From NCBI RefSeq assembly GCF_001194135.2, contig NC_068989.1:86107050-86171049 (forward strand): 64,000 nucleotides of DNA, in the 5' to 3' direction. Shown piece after piece: positions 13,401 to 26,720 of the stretch. How positions within the stretch are numbered: the first letter of the stretch is position 1; the number at the start of each line of letters is the position of its first letter. Source of the DNA: Octopus bimaculoides. Taxonomy: Eukaryota. The translations under genes were made by a program, and so were the position numbers. The notes below the pieces were generated by a model. That model searched no databases and was not told the DNA's origin. It saw nothing but the letters and a program-made list of their open reading frames with translations.

Positions 13401-16400
13401 GTCTATCTGTCTGTCTGTCTCTCGCACCCCTTCAATATATATATTCAGTTTCGGTTTCTCACTAACTTACACAGATAGCGGTCCGACTTTGTGGTCTAAT
13501 TTAATTAAACCGTTTCATTTGACATCCCGAATTGTGTTCTCGCTTTTTTCTTCTTCTTCTTGTATAGTCTATAGTTGGTAGTTTCGCCACACAGACACAT
13601 ATATAGACAGAAACAAGACTATATGTATATATATATATATATATTAGATATCCACACAAGCGTGTGTTTATATTTCTATGAGTATATGCTATGTATTTAA
13701 ATATTATACGGCTATGTATATTTGTATACCATATATCTATATGACAGTATATAAATATAAACACAGATGCGTGTTATGTTCGAACCTTATATATTTAATC
13801 TAAATTCGATATGCAGAGATCGTTCATTGATGTAACTGATGTGTTTTTACTGCTAGAACTTCATATTTCTCTATACACGTTATAGATGTCTGTATATCGC
13901 ATTCATACATGTAAGCTGAGCTGCGGAAAATAGATATGCAATATATATACCTTATAATACTGTTTGAATATGTTTTGTAATCTATATTAAGCTAAAATTA
14001 TATGTTTGCGTTTTACTTTCCTTAAATCTATGGTACGTTTCTACAGTGTGTGTCTTGCTAATAATATTTGATAGACTACAGCTGGTTAAGTGAATGTGTG
14101 TGGTGTAATGTATGTATATATGGTGTTATGATGTGAATGTAGTGCAGCGGTGGTCGTTCTATCTATCTTCTTCCTCCTCCGCCACCTTTTCTTTAAGAAA
14201 AGCCAAGAGATGTCAGGTTAATCCAGTGTAAGAACAGAGCGACAAGAAAGCTGCCGTCCTATTCGGCCAAGCCGGGCTTTTGTAGGCAGACGTCCGCATC
14301 AAGATAGAGTTTAAGTTAATTGAGTAGAGTGGTTGTAGCAGTTAGTAAAGAACGAATACTATATATNNNNNNNNNNNNNNNNNNNNNNNNNNNNNNNNNN
14401 NNNNNNNNNNNNNNNNNNNNNNNNNNNNNNNNNTATATATATATATATATATATATATATTTGAGTGTGTCTTTAAGAAAGGGAAAGAGTAACTAGTAGA
14501 ATATGCTTCCTCAAAAATTTTAAAAAGTAACAAGGATTAAAAGAAAAAAAAAAACGAAGGTTCAGAGACAGGAAAGAACATGAAAGATCGTATCAGAGAA
14601 GCACACATACGTAAATATATATACACATATTAAGCTTTTATAATATATCACATATATTACACAGTGTGGTGGACATTCTATACATACACACACAACTAGA
14701 AATGATTTTAGTTTTTTCTTGGGGCTTTTTGTTTTACACTCTTGAAAATACTTTCAAAGTGTTTCTCTAAATAAATAAATATATCACTAATAGATAATAT
14801 CTAAGTTCTTACATAGACATAGCTTGCTAGCTAAGTAAAATAACTAGAAATACAAATACTTGATTGAAGACGGTAGAAGATACAGAGACACACATATACA
14901 TATATATATATATACTCCTTTTTCTTGTTTCTTTATAATAGCTGTCTTCTAATTTCCATTGTTGATGGTCAAAACGTTTTTAAAATTATATATATATATA
15001 TTCTTTACAGATGTCAGCGTTGTGTGCAGGGCTTCCGTCGTAAATATGGTATTAATTTGACATTATAGTTTGTCAATGATCATAATATACAATATATAAT
15101 ATAAACATACACATATATGCCAGAGAGACAGAGAGAAGCAAGGCTTTTTCTTCCCCTTTTTCCTGTATTTTCAATCCGTTGTTGCAACATTAATTCTTCA
15201 ACCAAAATATATATAAAAAAAAATTAGTGCCTTTCCTGCTTATTTCTTTTGTCTTTCAACGTCTCTCTTTTTGTTTTAATCTATCTTTCCCTGTCGCTTG
15301 TCTCTTCTCTCCTTTCTTTTTTTGTTTCTCTTTTTGTTCTTGGTCTTCCTCTCTTTATGATAATATCACAAGCGACAGCCTTTCCCGTTCTTATATTCTG
15401 ATAACACTCCTCATACCTTTCTCCATCTTGTTCACTCTTCTCTCATGGAAACAACCAAAAAAACGACAAACAATGGAATTGTCTCCCTTGTTTAGGTCAG
15501 CACAGATTTTTATTTTATTTATTTATTTATTGTAGTTTCATTTGCCTTCTCTCGCCCCCCCCCACTTCCTTCCTTCTTTCTTCTAAGCCTGCAACATAAT
15601 TATTGATCTCTTAGATTGGCATCAAATCCTTATATTTCAGGGACGAAGTAGGAGTGTGTCGAATAGTCGATTATCTCTCCCTCAACATTTGAGGAATTAC
15701 ATTTATTATATCTTTGGTAAAATCCGAAAGCTAAGGAAACTATCGATTTTATTTATTCTGCTCCCGTGTTTTGCTGGCACTGGTTACTTTATTAAATTCT
15801 ATTCTTCTTCTTCTGGAGAAGCTCTTTTCGGAAGCACGAAAAGAAAAGTCGACCTCAACGAGATTTGAACTCGGAACGTAAAGGGACACAACTAAATATC
15901 TAAGACATTTTTGTCTGAAATTCAACACAGTTATTACCACGTCTTTGACGAGCTAACGAGAGAGCCTCCACGTAATCGCTTGACCTGTTAAAATTATCGA
16001 CTGAATCTCTTCTGAAAGAACATACTAACGTCTCTTTAAAAATATAAAACAAAGGATATATTGATCATAGATATGATGTATGTCAAAGACAGATTAAATG
16101 ACACGCTGGTCGCGACTGAAAATCTCTTTCGAACATAGAACTGATTGATCAAAGCTGACCTACAGCTAAACAACAACCATGACTTCGACTGTCATTCTTC
16201 GCCAGGGATAGATCGATAAAAATACTGACGTCATGTATTTGGTTCGATTTCGTCCACTGGTCCCTTTCTCTTCTCAAAATTTTATATTGTGTCCGTTACA
16301 CAGCATTCTAATGACAATGGAGGATAGATTTGGCGGAATCGACAGAGCAGCTGTAGTGTGATATTTAAGTTACTTCCCTTTGATATCCAGAAATTTTCGA

Positions 16401-18029
16401 ATTCTATGATAAAAATAATACGGCACTGTCATGGTATTAGCTGTCAGAAGTGAAAGTTGAAAAATCTGACAAGGAACGTTACTGCTGGTTTGAGTTGATT
16501 CTTTGGCTACTGACAGCTAATACCATGACTGGCCGGAGCGAGCTATCTGTCTGTCTGTCTCTCTCTCTATCTATCACTCGAAAGTTATTGGAACAAATTT
16601 GACACCTATATCCATGCGTTTGAAAACACACAGAGTATAAGGGTACTACTAAAGCAGAGTGGTCCCGAACGCGCAGTCGCGCGTCCGCGCTAGCTAGTCG
16701 TGAGTGGTCGATCCTATTATTTTTAAACTTCAAACTTCATTTGTTTTCTATTTTGATAAATTCTCTCTGTTGAAAATTATATTTTTATATTTTAAATAAT
16801 TTGCAATTTCAGNNNNNNNNNNNNNNNNNNNNNNNNNNNNNNNNNNNNNNNNNNNNNNNNNNNNNNNNNNNNNNNNNNNNNNNNNNNNNNNNNNNNNNNN
16901 NNNNNNNNNNNNNNNNNNNNNNNNNNNNNNNNNNNNNNNNNNNNNNNNNNNNNNNNNNNNNNNNNNNNNNNNNNNNNNNNNNNNNNNNNNNNNNNNNNNN
17001 NNNNNNNNNNNNNNNNNNNNNNNNNNNNNNNNNNNNNNNNNNNNNNNNNNNNNNNNNNNNNNNNNNNNNNNNNNNNNNNNNNNNNNNNNNNNNNNNNNNN
17101 NNNNNNNNNNNNNNNNNNNNNNNNNNNNNNNNNNNNNNNNNTTTACATCACAAATTACCAGACAAAATTTCTTTCATTTATTTAATTGCTCCCTTTTTAC
17201 CTTCGGAGTTCAAATCGCCGCCGAGGTTGACTTTGCCTTTCATCCTATCAAGGTCGATAAAAGAACGAGTACCAGTCAAGTACTGAGGTGGGGGGGGGGT
17301 GATACTTATTCAACTGTGCTCTTCTCGTAAATGTATGATATTGTTAGAATTTAATATTATTATCACTGATTCGATTGAGTCTGACAAAATTCCTGGTTTA
17401 AATCTCCGAAAACTTTTTTGCCTTGTGCCAGCTATGTTCGTGGTTTGACTTTTTTAACATTTCAATTCATTCGATTACTATGTAAGTGTTGCGCCGATAA
17501 GAACATGGAAGTAGGTTAAACAACTCGAGTGTTAATTGCCCGGCTATTTTGGCAGCTCTCCAGCAGAGTGACGATATGAAAGTTGCTTGGAGTTAACCGT
17601 AGGAGCCATTTTGAAGCGAGATTAAGGCAAAACAAGAGTTGCGTTGAAGTTCCAGTACGCAATCCTAGCACTTAAGTGTTCCAGTTGATCCATTCGATGA
17701 AACAGCCTGCTCGTGAAACTAACGTGCAAGTGGCTGAGTACTCCACGGACACGCATACCCTTAACGTGATTCTCAGGAAGATTCAACATGACAAAATGTG
17801 ACAGGCCTGGCCGTTTGAATTACAGATACAACTCCTTTTTGTTAGCTGAGTGAACTGGAGCAACATGAAGTAAAATATCTTGCTCAAGGACACAACGCAC
17901 CACCGGGAATCGAATTCACGACTTTACGATCATGACCCGAACACCCTAACCACTACGCCACACGCCTGGTATTTAAACCCATTGAAAAAATACAACAGCG
18001 AGCTCCCACATGTTTTTCTTATCCTTTAC

Positions 18030-19140
18030 ATTTGAGGCAATAATCCGGTCGTTTTTAAAGACTGGATAAGTACAATGTACAGCGGCATCTGTTTGATGGT
18101 CAAACTAAACGGCCACCTCTTGGACCCGTTTCTCATCGCATTCAGTTTGTCAAGGATGTATCTTTCCATTTGTCCTCTATATTTTGGTGTCAGAGCCAAT
18201 TCTATAGAGGCTAGAGACAATGGGTGGCATCCCGCTCGAAGTAGAACTCAGGAGAGCTATATCTGCAAATGCCGATTATATCACCATCATGACTTTGAGC
18301 TCATTGGAAATCGAGGCGATCACCACCACACTGGGAGAGTAGCAGGGGATTGCAAGCGTACGCATTAACCAGAACAAGTCGGCAGGTTTGCAGCTCGAAA
18401 CCTAGAGAGGCGAGTCCATGTCGGTTCATTGGCGGCTTCTGCTGTTGGACGATGAGTACGGTTAAGATGCTTGGAGTCTGATTTAAACCAAACTTCCGAG
18501 TGGCGTAAAAACTGGGACGGGTTGCGTGCAAATTGGCCAGTTTCATTCAGAAATTGTCTAAGAGGAAGCCATTCCGGAAAGGGTAGCGGAAGTGGCTACC
18601 GCCTATATCGCTTCATTGGTATACTGTCGGTTGGCCGTCGTATCTTGTCCCAAATAACACCTGGCTAAACTGGACGCTTGCTTTTTCGACACTTGTAGAA
18701 GAGACTGCACTGCTGGTGGCTAGATCCATTTGCTTTTAACTTCCACTCCACGAGTCTAAAAATGTGGTTCCTTATTATGCTAAGGTACGTTCACTGAGTC
18801 TAAATCACCTACAGAGTGTCAGATTGTTGTGACAACGAAGACAGTGAAACGGAAGGTCGCTGTTTGTGCACCGTCTTTAGGCAGCTCGTTTCTTTGACTA
18901 AACAGTGGTCCTGGTGCAAGTCCTGATATATATCGAATGTTTCGCATCCGGATGGTGTTTCCAGAGTCACTGCATTCTGCCAGCTGGAGGATGCTGTCAG
19001 TGGAAAAGTCAACTTCTGTATTTTATCGAAGGTTAGTGGAGAGTGTGAGTGCTGATGGCCTGAGAATGATTCTAGCTATCGGCATGGACACAGACTCAAA
19101 CAGATACTGAAGGACCAGCAGCCGAACCTGTCCGAGGTGC
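18030..19140 (+). mobile_element. Decayed Tx1/L1-clade LINE reverse transcriptase fragment
   Basis: Frameshifted frames read FKDWISTMYSGICLMVKLNGHL, QGCIFPFVLYILVSEPIL, SANADYITI (YADD equivalent), RINQNKSAGLQL, VKMLGV*F and KNWDG. Confidence 0.8.
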
Positions 19141-20214
19141 ACACGAAGCGATAAAACCATCCTACATCGGTTGTCAAGCGATGGTGGGGTACAAACTCAG
19201 ATACACAAATATATGCATACAATTTCCTTCTACCAAATCCACTTACAAGGCTTTGGTCGGCCCGAGGCTATAGTAGAAGACATTTTCTTAAGGTGGCACG
19301 CAGTGGGACTGAACCCGGAACCATGTGGTTGGTAGGGAAGCTTCTTACCACACAGCCACTCCTGCGCCTGTGTGTGTATTTTCTCCTTTAATGTTACCTA
19401 TTGTAATTATAGATTTCGTTTTCTTTTTACTTGATTTACCCGCTTCCGGTGTGTTGTTATCGTCTTAATACATGTGAAGGCTAGTTAGGGTACTCGGCTC
19501 ACGATCGTAAGGTCATGAGTTCAAATCCCGGCGGCGCGTTGTGTCCCTGAGCAAGACACTATATTTCACGTTGCTCCAATCCACGCAGCTGGCAAAAATG
19601 AGTTTTACCTATATTTCAAAGGGCCAACTTTGTCACATTCTGTGTCACGCTGAATCTCCCTGAGTGTGTCTGTGGAGTACTCAGCAACTTGTACGTTAAT
19701 TTCACGAGCAGGCTGTTCCGTTGATCGGATCAGCTGGAACACTCATCATCGTCATAACCGAATACTAGCACATCGTTATATGTGTTCGAGCCGCTGAGGA
19801 AAATAAAGAAACTGTTGTTGTTGTTGTCCTTGTTATGATGGTAGATTGGCAGAATATTTAGAGAGTTGGGTAGAATGCCTTACGGTATTTAGTTACTGTT
19901 CTTTGCAATCTGAGTTCAAATCCCGCCGGCTAACATTGCTTTTCACTCTTCAGAGTGAGATGAAATAAAACACGAGTCAAGTATTGGAGACAGTGTAATT
20001 GAGTAACTCCATCTCCTAAATATGGCCTTGTACCGAAATCAGGAATTATTTCGACTGACGGCGGATTGGCAGAATCGTTAAAACATCGTATTTCTTCGGG
20101 CTCTGCGTTCAAATCTCACCGAGGCCAACTTTGCCTTTCATCTTTTCAAGATCGATAAAATAAGTACCAGTCGATCACTTTCGTCGACGTAATCAACTAG
20201 TCTATTTTAATAAC

Positions 20215-20816
20215 CATGTCCCACTATTACTATTTGCTGCAACTATCTTTGGGAACCTACCATGGAAACCTTCTCCTGCTAGTCAGATAACTTTTGTTCA
20301 TTTTTCTGATTTTTAACTTCGTTTAGGTTTTTGGTTTCCCTTTGTCTCGCTGTCACTCTAACAGCTGTTAATAAACGTTCTTCACTATTACCTACATAGG
20401 AATCTATATCTACCCTAGCTAACTCCACGCAGTCTTCTACTGGTATTAACCCTCTTCCACCTTCCTTTCTAGGTAGGTATAATCTTGCTACTCCTGCCCC
20501 TGGGCGGAGTCCTCTATTCATATTGAATTCCCTCCTATTTCTTCTGTCTAGCTTTGCTAATTCAGTTTTTGTTCAATCTATAAAAGTTGCTGGGTATCAA
20601 AGTAAAGATGCTGCCCAAGTATTTACAGCCTTCACTAGATTCAAACCATTTAGCTTTTACTTCATTAGCTTCCTCACCCTTCTGATGTACTCCTCAATTT
20701 TCGTTTTCATTTCTGTAGTTAGTACTCTGTCCGATTCTATTACTTCTAGATTCTTATAATTCTCTCCTCCTTTCAATGTCTGGCCATCTGGTAACTGGAT
20801 GCCTTCGCTGTTGACG

Positions 20817-20817
<1 letters not shown>
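20215..20817 (-). mobile_element. Decayed R4/Dong-like non-LTR retrotransposon fragment
   Basis: A near-continuous minus frame with a few stops: ENYKNLEVIESD..EEYIRRVRKLMK*KLNGLNLVKAVNTWA..LDRRNRR..RLYLPRKEGGRGLIPVEDCV. It abuts a (CTA)n tract. Confidence 0.8.
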
Positions 20818-20874
<57 letters not shown>

Positions 20875-21334
20875 TTTTGGGTTTGGCTCAGGTTCGGTCT
20901 TATTCCTGGTAGGATTTATGTGGGTAGCGGTTAGTTACTACCTGTAACCTTAGGTATTCACAAGTTTTCAGCTGATAATGCTTTCTGTCCCTAAGAGACA
21001 AACTTTCTGTAGGAAATGCAAAAGGCAAACAAGCTGTATAATATAATCATAAATATCGTATATTTTGTCATATAAGTCGAGGTAGATTTTTCAGTCAAAA
21101 AATAAATGTTCAAATCTAGACTTATCGTATAAGTCGACCTTACGAAGAAGAAGAAGAAGGAAAAAAAACTGTATAATTTCGGTCACATATTTTCTCAGAG
21201 ATATTGCGAAATGATTGTGTTTGAGATGGATCGCATAACCAAAGCTTTTGTAGAGGCCTCGCTGTTTCCTTGTTGGTTCGTGTTTTGTAATGTGATCGGT
21301 GGTGTTATATTTTGGACGGAGAGAAAAAGAAGCA

Positions 21335-21406
<72 letters not shown>

Positions 21407-21998
21407 GAGAGACAGAGAGAGAGAGTGTGTGTGTGTTAGAGAGAGAGAGAGGGAATGTGTGTATATGTGTGAGAGAGAGTGTGTGTGTGTGTAAGAGAGA
21501 GAGAGAGAAGAGAGATGGACAGACGGACAGATAGTGTGTGTGTGTATGTGTGAGGAGGAGAGAGAGAGGCAGGAGAAATAGAAACAGGGTATGTCCGTGT
21601 CTCTTACACTGACAGAATGAGTTTTAAGAAATAGGGGCGCACTAAGGTGTGGAGGGTATATGCTGGGAAGATAGGATAAGACATTAAAGCCAACGTTATG
21701 AGCTGAAAGTTGGGGACCACTGCTCCCCTACGACCCCTCCCACCCCTCTTTCCAACACTGGTGTTTTATGTTTTGTTGCGAGATAAAGTTGGACCTTGCA
21801 TACAGAAAGCCGGCAAATATGTTCCCGAAATGAATGCTTGGCTTTCTAGCGTAGCAAACGTAGCAAGAATCATTTAATAATAGTTTCTCTTTAATCATTC
21901 ATTGATATATTATTAGAGATAAAGAAGAAGAAAAAAAGGCTAGTTATCATAAGCAGCATACAGTTATCTCCCCTGGAGCTTGCTTGCAACTTTAATCC

Positions 21999-21999
21999 A

Positions 22000-22081
<82 letters not shown>

Positions 22082-22112
22082 GCATGTATGTATGTATGTA
22101 TGTATGTATGTA
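21999..22112. repeat. Compound microsatellite (TCTA)n-(TGTA)n
   Basis: Directly visible. Other long tracts: (CTA)n 20818-20875, (GA)n 21340-21420, (TTA)n 46321-46372, (CA)n 55783-55873. Confidence 0.95.
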
Positions 22113-24423
22113 AGATGCCGGAATAACTTGTAAGTTGGGTGACAAATAAAAGGAGAACAAATGTTTGCTCCTGCCTCACTGCCTAACAACTAGTGTTGGT
22201 TTGTTTACGTCCCCGTTACGCAGAGTTCATAAAAGAGACTGATAGAAAAGAAATACCAAACTTAAAACTACTGGGGTCGATTTGTTAGACTAAACCCTTC
22301 AAGGCAGTACCCCAGCATGACCGCAGTCCAGTGACTGAATCAAGACAAAAGATAATCCTTGCTTCCTACGTAAAAGCTGTGAATACTTCTGATCACCCAG
22401 TTCTTCACCGTGCAATTCTTGATAAAGCGTTTCTGCTGAGAACCGGACGTTTCTTTACAAATATCTGCCTTAATTTTTGAGGAGGTGGAGGAGGAGACAG
22501 TAACGGGATGAAATCCTTCTTTTCTTTCTAATTTTGGTATACAGCCAGCAATTTTGGAGAGATAAATTCGATTCTTTTCTACTCTAGGCACAAGGCCTGG
22601 AATTTTTTTTTGGGGGGGGGGCAGTCGATTAGATCGACCCCAGTACGCAACTGGTACTTGATTTATCGACCCCGAAAGTATGAAGGGTAAAGTCAACCTC
22701 GGCGGAATTTGAACTCAGAACGTAAAGACAGACGAAATACCGCTAAGCATTTCGCCTGGCGTGCTAACGTTTCTTATTTCGTTATTGCCCACAAATCTTA
22801 AAAATTGCGATGTTTGTTTTATATTAAGAAGATAGTATTTATATTAGTTCTTAAAATGTCCTAAATGTAAATTAATCTCAAGAAAAATTAATAAGGTAAG
22901 ACATATATAAAGCTCACTTGAAAAAAGTGATGGTTTTTATATATGGGAGATAACCAAAGTTTTTAGTGGGGAGATAATCCCATTTTTAATGGGGGTGAGA
23001 TAACCAAAAAGTACCCAAATTCGACGTTGGCAATATTTGAATTGATAAAATGAAAAGGTGGAAGAAATGCCATTAATTATTTTCCTCCCAGCGGGGTAAC
23101 GATTCTGTCAGCCCGTCACCTTAATAGTATTAAGCCCATTGCTTGCCATGAGCCTCATTTGGGGATCTGCTAAAAACAATCTCGTTGCCGGTTGTTCGTT
23201 GTATTTAAAGTGAATTGCTTATGTACAATGCATTTGAAGAGGTCTGTTTATTAATATTTAGTAGTTAAAGTTTGTCATTTTTATGTCATAAATCGCTATT
23301 TCTTAACTACAAAAATGTTGACTGTTTTGAAAACGCCTTTTTTTTTTTTTTTGCATTTCCCATTTATATCATTCATTGATATTTCATACACATTCGCATT
23401 TGATACTATAGTTTCAAAAAAACTAAAATGTTTTTATTGCAATTGAATAGAAAAGGATAAATATGTTTTTTTTTTCAGCGATCCCCATTTAGGACTTTTC
23501 GAAAAATGTATAATTTCTAAAAAATATGAATTAAAAAAAAAAAAATCTTTTCTGCTATAGGCACCGGGCCTGAAATTTAGGGGAGTGGACTAGTCGATTA
23601 CATCGACCGCAGTGTTTCACTGGTACTTAATTTATTGACCCCGAAAAGATGAAAGGCAAAGTCGACCTCAGCGGAATTTGAACTCAGAATGTAGCGGCAG
23701 ACTAAATACCTCGTAGCATTTCGCCCGTAGCATTACATCTCGTAGCATTACATCTCCATGCTACATTCTGTAGTGGGCTACATCATACCGACGTGATTCT
23801 ACATGTTCTATATCCATTACATCGCACATCATATCGCTGCATCGCACGATCTCGTGAAAACAATTACGGTCTTCACCAAATGTTATCTCATCCTCATTAA
23901 AAAATTGCCATTAAAAATTTGGGTTATCTCCCCACTAAAAAATTGAGTTAATGTGGCGACAAGAGATTGGATTAAAAGAGTTAGATCCTTTTGATTCAAT
24001 ACTTCAACACATTTTTGACTTTTGGCCTCCTCATCGGATGATTTGTTATAAAAATGTTATCAGATTCAATAAGATATTTAATCTTTTCACTTTTCATGTT
24101 TATTAATTTTTTCATACTTTTTTAGTTGGGGGAGATAACCCAATTTTTTAATGGGGGTGAGATAACCAAAAAGTATCATAAGTCCCTATTTTTAGGGACA
24201 AAATTCATAATAAAATGTTAAAATACAACAATTATTAACTCTTTAAGCTGCTGGGCAGATTCAACATTGTTTATTAATTTGCAGTCGTCTCTGAGTAAAT
24301 TCATATCAACTTCACCAGTCTTAAGAGGGTGGGGGCATCATGGACGTTATCTTCTCTTCTCGAGACAAAAATGGGAAAAAATATGTCTATTGTTTTTGTT
24401 GTTTATCTTCAGGTAGATTTTGC

Positions 24424-24857
24424 GGTACTTTCTGGTTATCTCACCCCCATTAAAAATTTGCCATTAAAAAACTGGGTTATCACCCCACTAAAAAACCAAG
24501 TTAATGTCGTGACAAGACATTGGATTAAAAGTGTTAGATCCTTTTAATTCAATACCTCAACACATTTTTGACTTTTGACCTTCTCAATAGCCATCGTATG
24601 ATCTGTTACAAAAATGTTATTAGATTCAGTAAGATGTTTAATCTTTCCAGTTCTCATGTTTATTAATTTTTTCAGTTTTATATGATTTGTTATTATCAGA
24701 TTCAAAACGAGGTTTTATAGTTTCATTTTTTTGTTTTATTAAAGGTTAAACAATTTTTTTTTAGTTGGGGGAGATAAACAAAAATACCGATATTTCTTAT
24801 AGATCGTCGGGGAGATAACCCAATATTTTAATGGGAATGAGATAACCAAAAAGTATC
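24424..24857. mobile_element. MITE with G(G/A)TACTTT TIRs and 8-bp TSD (Merlin-like); related copies at about 23870-24177 and ending at 23015
   Basis: TIR g(g/a)tacttt(c/t)tggttatctca; flanks gattttgc and gactttgc; it splits a SINE C core. Confidence 0.75.
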
Positions 24858-25308
24858 GACTTTGCCTTTCATCCTATCGAGACCGGTAAAATAAGTACCA
24901 GTCATGCACTGAGGTCGATGTAATCAACTAACACACTTATCCAAAATTCCAGGAGACCTTATACTTCTCGTAAACATTTCATTCGGCGTGCTAACGATTC
25001 TTTATGTTCCGGGTTTAAATTCCGTCGAAATCGTATCTCTGAAAAGAAAAGTACTTATTAAAATGTTACGGAAAATATAATCGGTAAGGGCTATTAAATT
25101 GTTCTGATGCCCTATTATAAGGGCGATTAGAGATGGTAATTACAAAATAAATTTAGCTCCAGTTCCTGAAAAATGCTAAATTGTCTCCCTTGACGTGTGT
25201 GTGTGTTTCAGTTATTAGCCAGCAACCCTTGCTGGAGCACCGATTGAAGGCTTTTGTCGAACAAATCGACTTCAATACTTCTTTAAAAACGAGGTACTTA
25301 TTCTACCG

Positions 25309-25817
25309 GGTAAATGTTTCGTAAAGGACCCGTTCGTACCTAGGTGTGAAATAATTTTTTTCCACGGATTTTTTCGAGTGCATTCAACGTATCTGACTTC
25401 CAAACTTACCGCAAACCACTTTTTTCAGGGAAAGAAAAGGGAGGATGGTGGTGGAGACCTCAGAGTTTTGTTTCGCGGGTTTTTGTTTTACTTTTCCAGG
25501 TTATTTCGCATACTTTCGACGAATGTGATATCGAAATCACGCGTAAACGGCTCCTTTCTCCAGAAAAGAAAAGATTTGGCTGCTATTTCTAGCACGTCCT
25601 GCTACCACGTAACAGCTATTGCGATAAAGGCTCATTTCGCTGTGAAATAATTTTTTGATCCCTCCCACCTCTTTCTTTACCGACAAAAAAAAGAAGAAAA
25701 AAAGTGGCTTGCGGTGTGTTTGGTGGTCAAATACGTTGAATGCACTCGAAAAAAACCCGTGGAAAAAAAAATTATTCTACACCGAGGTACGAACCGGTCC
25801 TTTACAAAATATCTACC
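25309..25817. mobile_element. MITE with TIRs of about 125 bp and perfect 8-bp TSD (Merlin- or MULE-like)
   Basis: ggta(a/g)at..aaaggacc(c/g)gttcgtacct..gagtgcattcaacgtat..accgcaa(a/g)ccacttttttc occurs inverted at both ends; TSD ttctaccg at 25301-25308 and 25818-25825; it splits a SINE B. Confidence 0.88.
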
Positions 25818-26069
25818 TTCTACCGGCTCTTTTGCCGAAGCGCTGAGGTACGGGGGCGTGAACAGCCCAACACGGGTTGCAAAGCAGTGACGAGGACAAA
25901 GACATATATATATGACAGGCTTCTTTCAGTTTCCGTCTGCCAAATTCGTTCACAATGCACTGGTCGGCCAAGAAATATTGCAGAATACACAGGTCCAAGG
26001 TGCCGAGAAGTGGGATTGAACCATGAATTACATCATTCAGAAGCAAGCTTCTTTATCATAGAGCATGTA

Positions 26070-26480
26070 GTGTAATTTCACGCGCACACATGAACGTGCG
26101 CACGCATTGACGTACACGTACGGACGGTATTGGTGACACAAAACTGGGACATCACCTCGACATGATGATGACGGGCACATTCAATGTCGTAAGTCGATTT
26201 ATGTCATAACTAGGAACCAGCAACCGGCGAACCTCTCCTGCTACGCCTTACTATTACTAGTAGCAGCAGCAACAGTAACAATACTAGTAGTAGTATCAAT
26301 AAATATCAATAATAATTTCAATAATGATCAATGTCATAGTAAAAGGAATCAAAAATATATTTTGAATATGGTTTAAATGTATATTTTTTGTTAGCGATAT
26401 GATTTTGTGGTAAAGTTCGGAAATGTTCGTTCATTTCCGGTTATGTCACGAAGATTTTAGTATCACGGTGACCCTGGAAG
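26070..26480 (+). promoter_or_regulatory. Probable COASY promoter (CpG-enriched housekeeping type)
   Basis: Non-repetitive CpG-rich patch with an NRF1-like gtgcgcacgca, a CRE-like ttgacgta, inverted ETS-like CGGAAATG/CATTTCCG (26418-26439) and tcacggtgac. It lies upstream of the only strong + strand donor I found before the 34906 acceptor. Confidence 0.55.
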
Positions 26481-26720
26481 CTTGTGTGTCTGTCGTCTTC
26501 TAAAGAAGTCTGCTCCTTACTGTTGTGACGACCCCTGTGTATGTGTGTATATATATACACACGTAGGCGTGTATGTGTACGTGTTACATAATGGGATTAC
26601 ATGTTACCGTTGCTGTTATAGGGAGACGGGACCACTGCCACCGAAAATAACAACACCACGATCTCGACTATTACCACCACCACCACCTTCAGTAACAACT
26701 TCCACCCGGTATAACTTGAG
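26450..26720 (+). other. Candidate non-coding first exon of COASY
   Basis: The coding exon at 34906 has a clear acceptor, so an upstream exon is required. A donor ttgag|gtaggt sits at 26721 directly downstream of the promoter-like patch. The start position is approximate. Confidence 0.5.
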
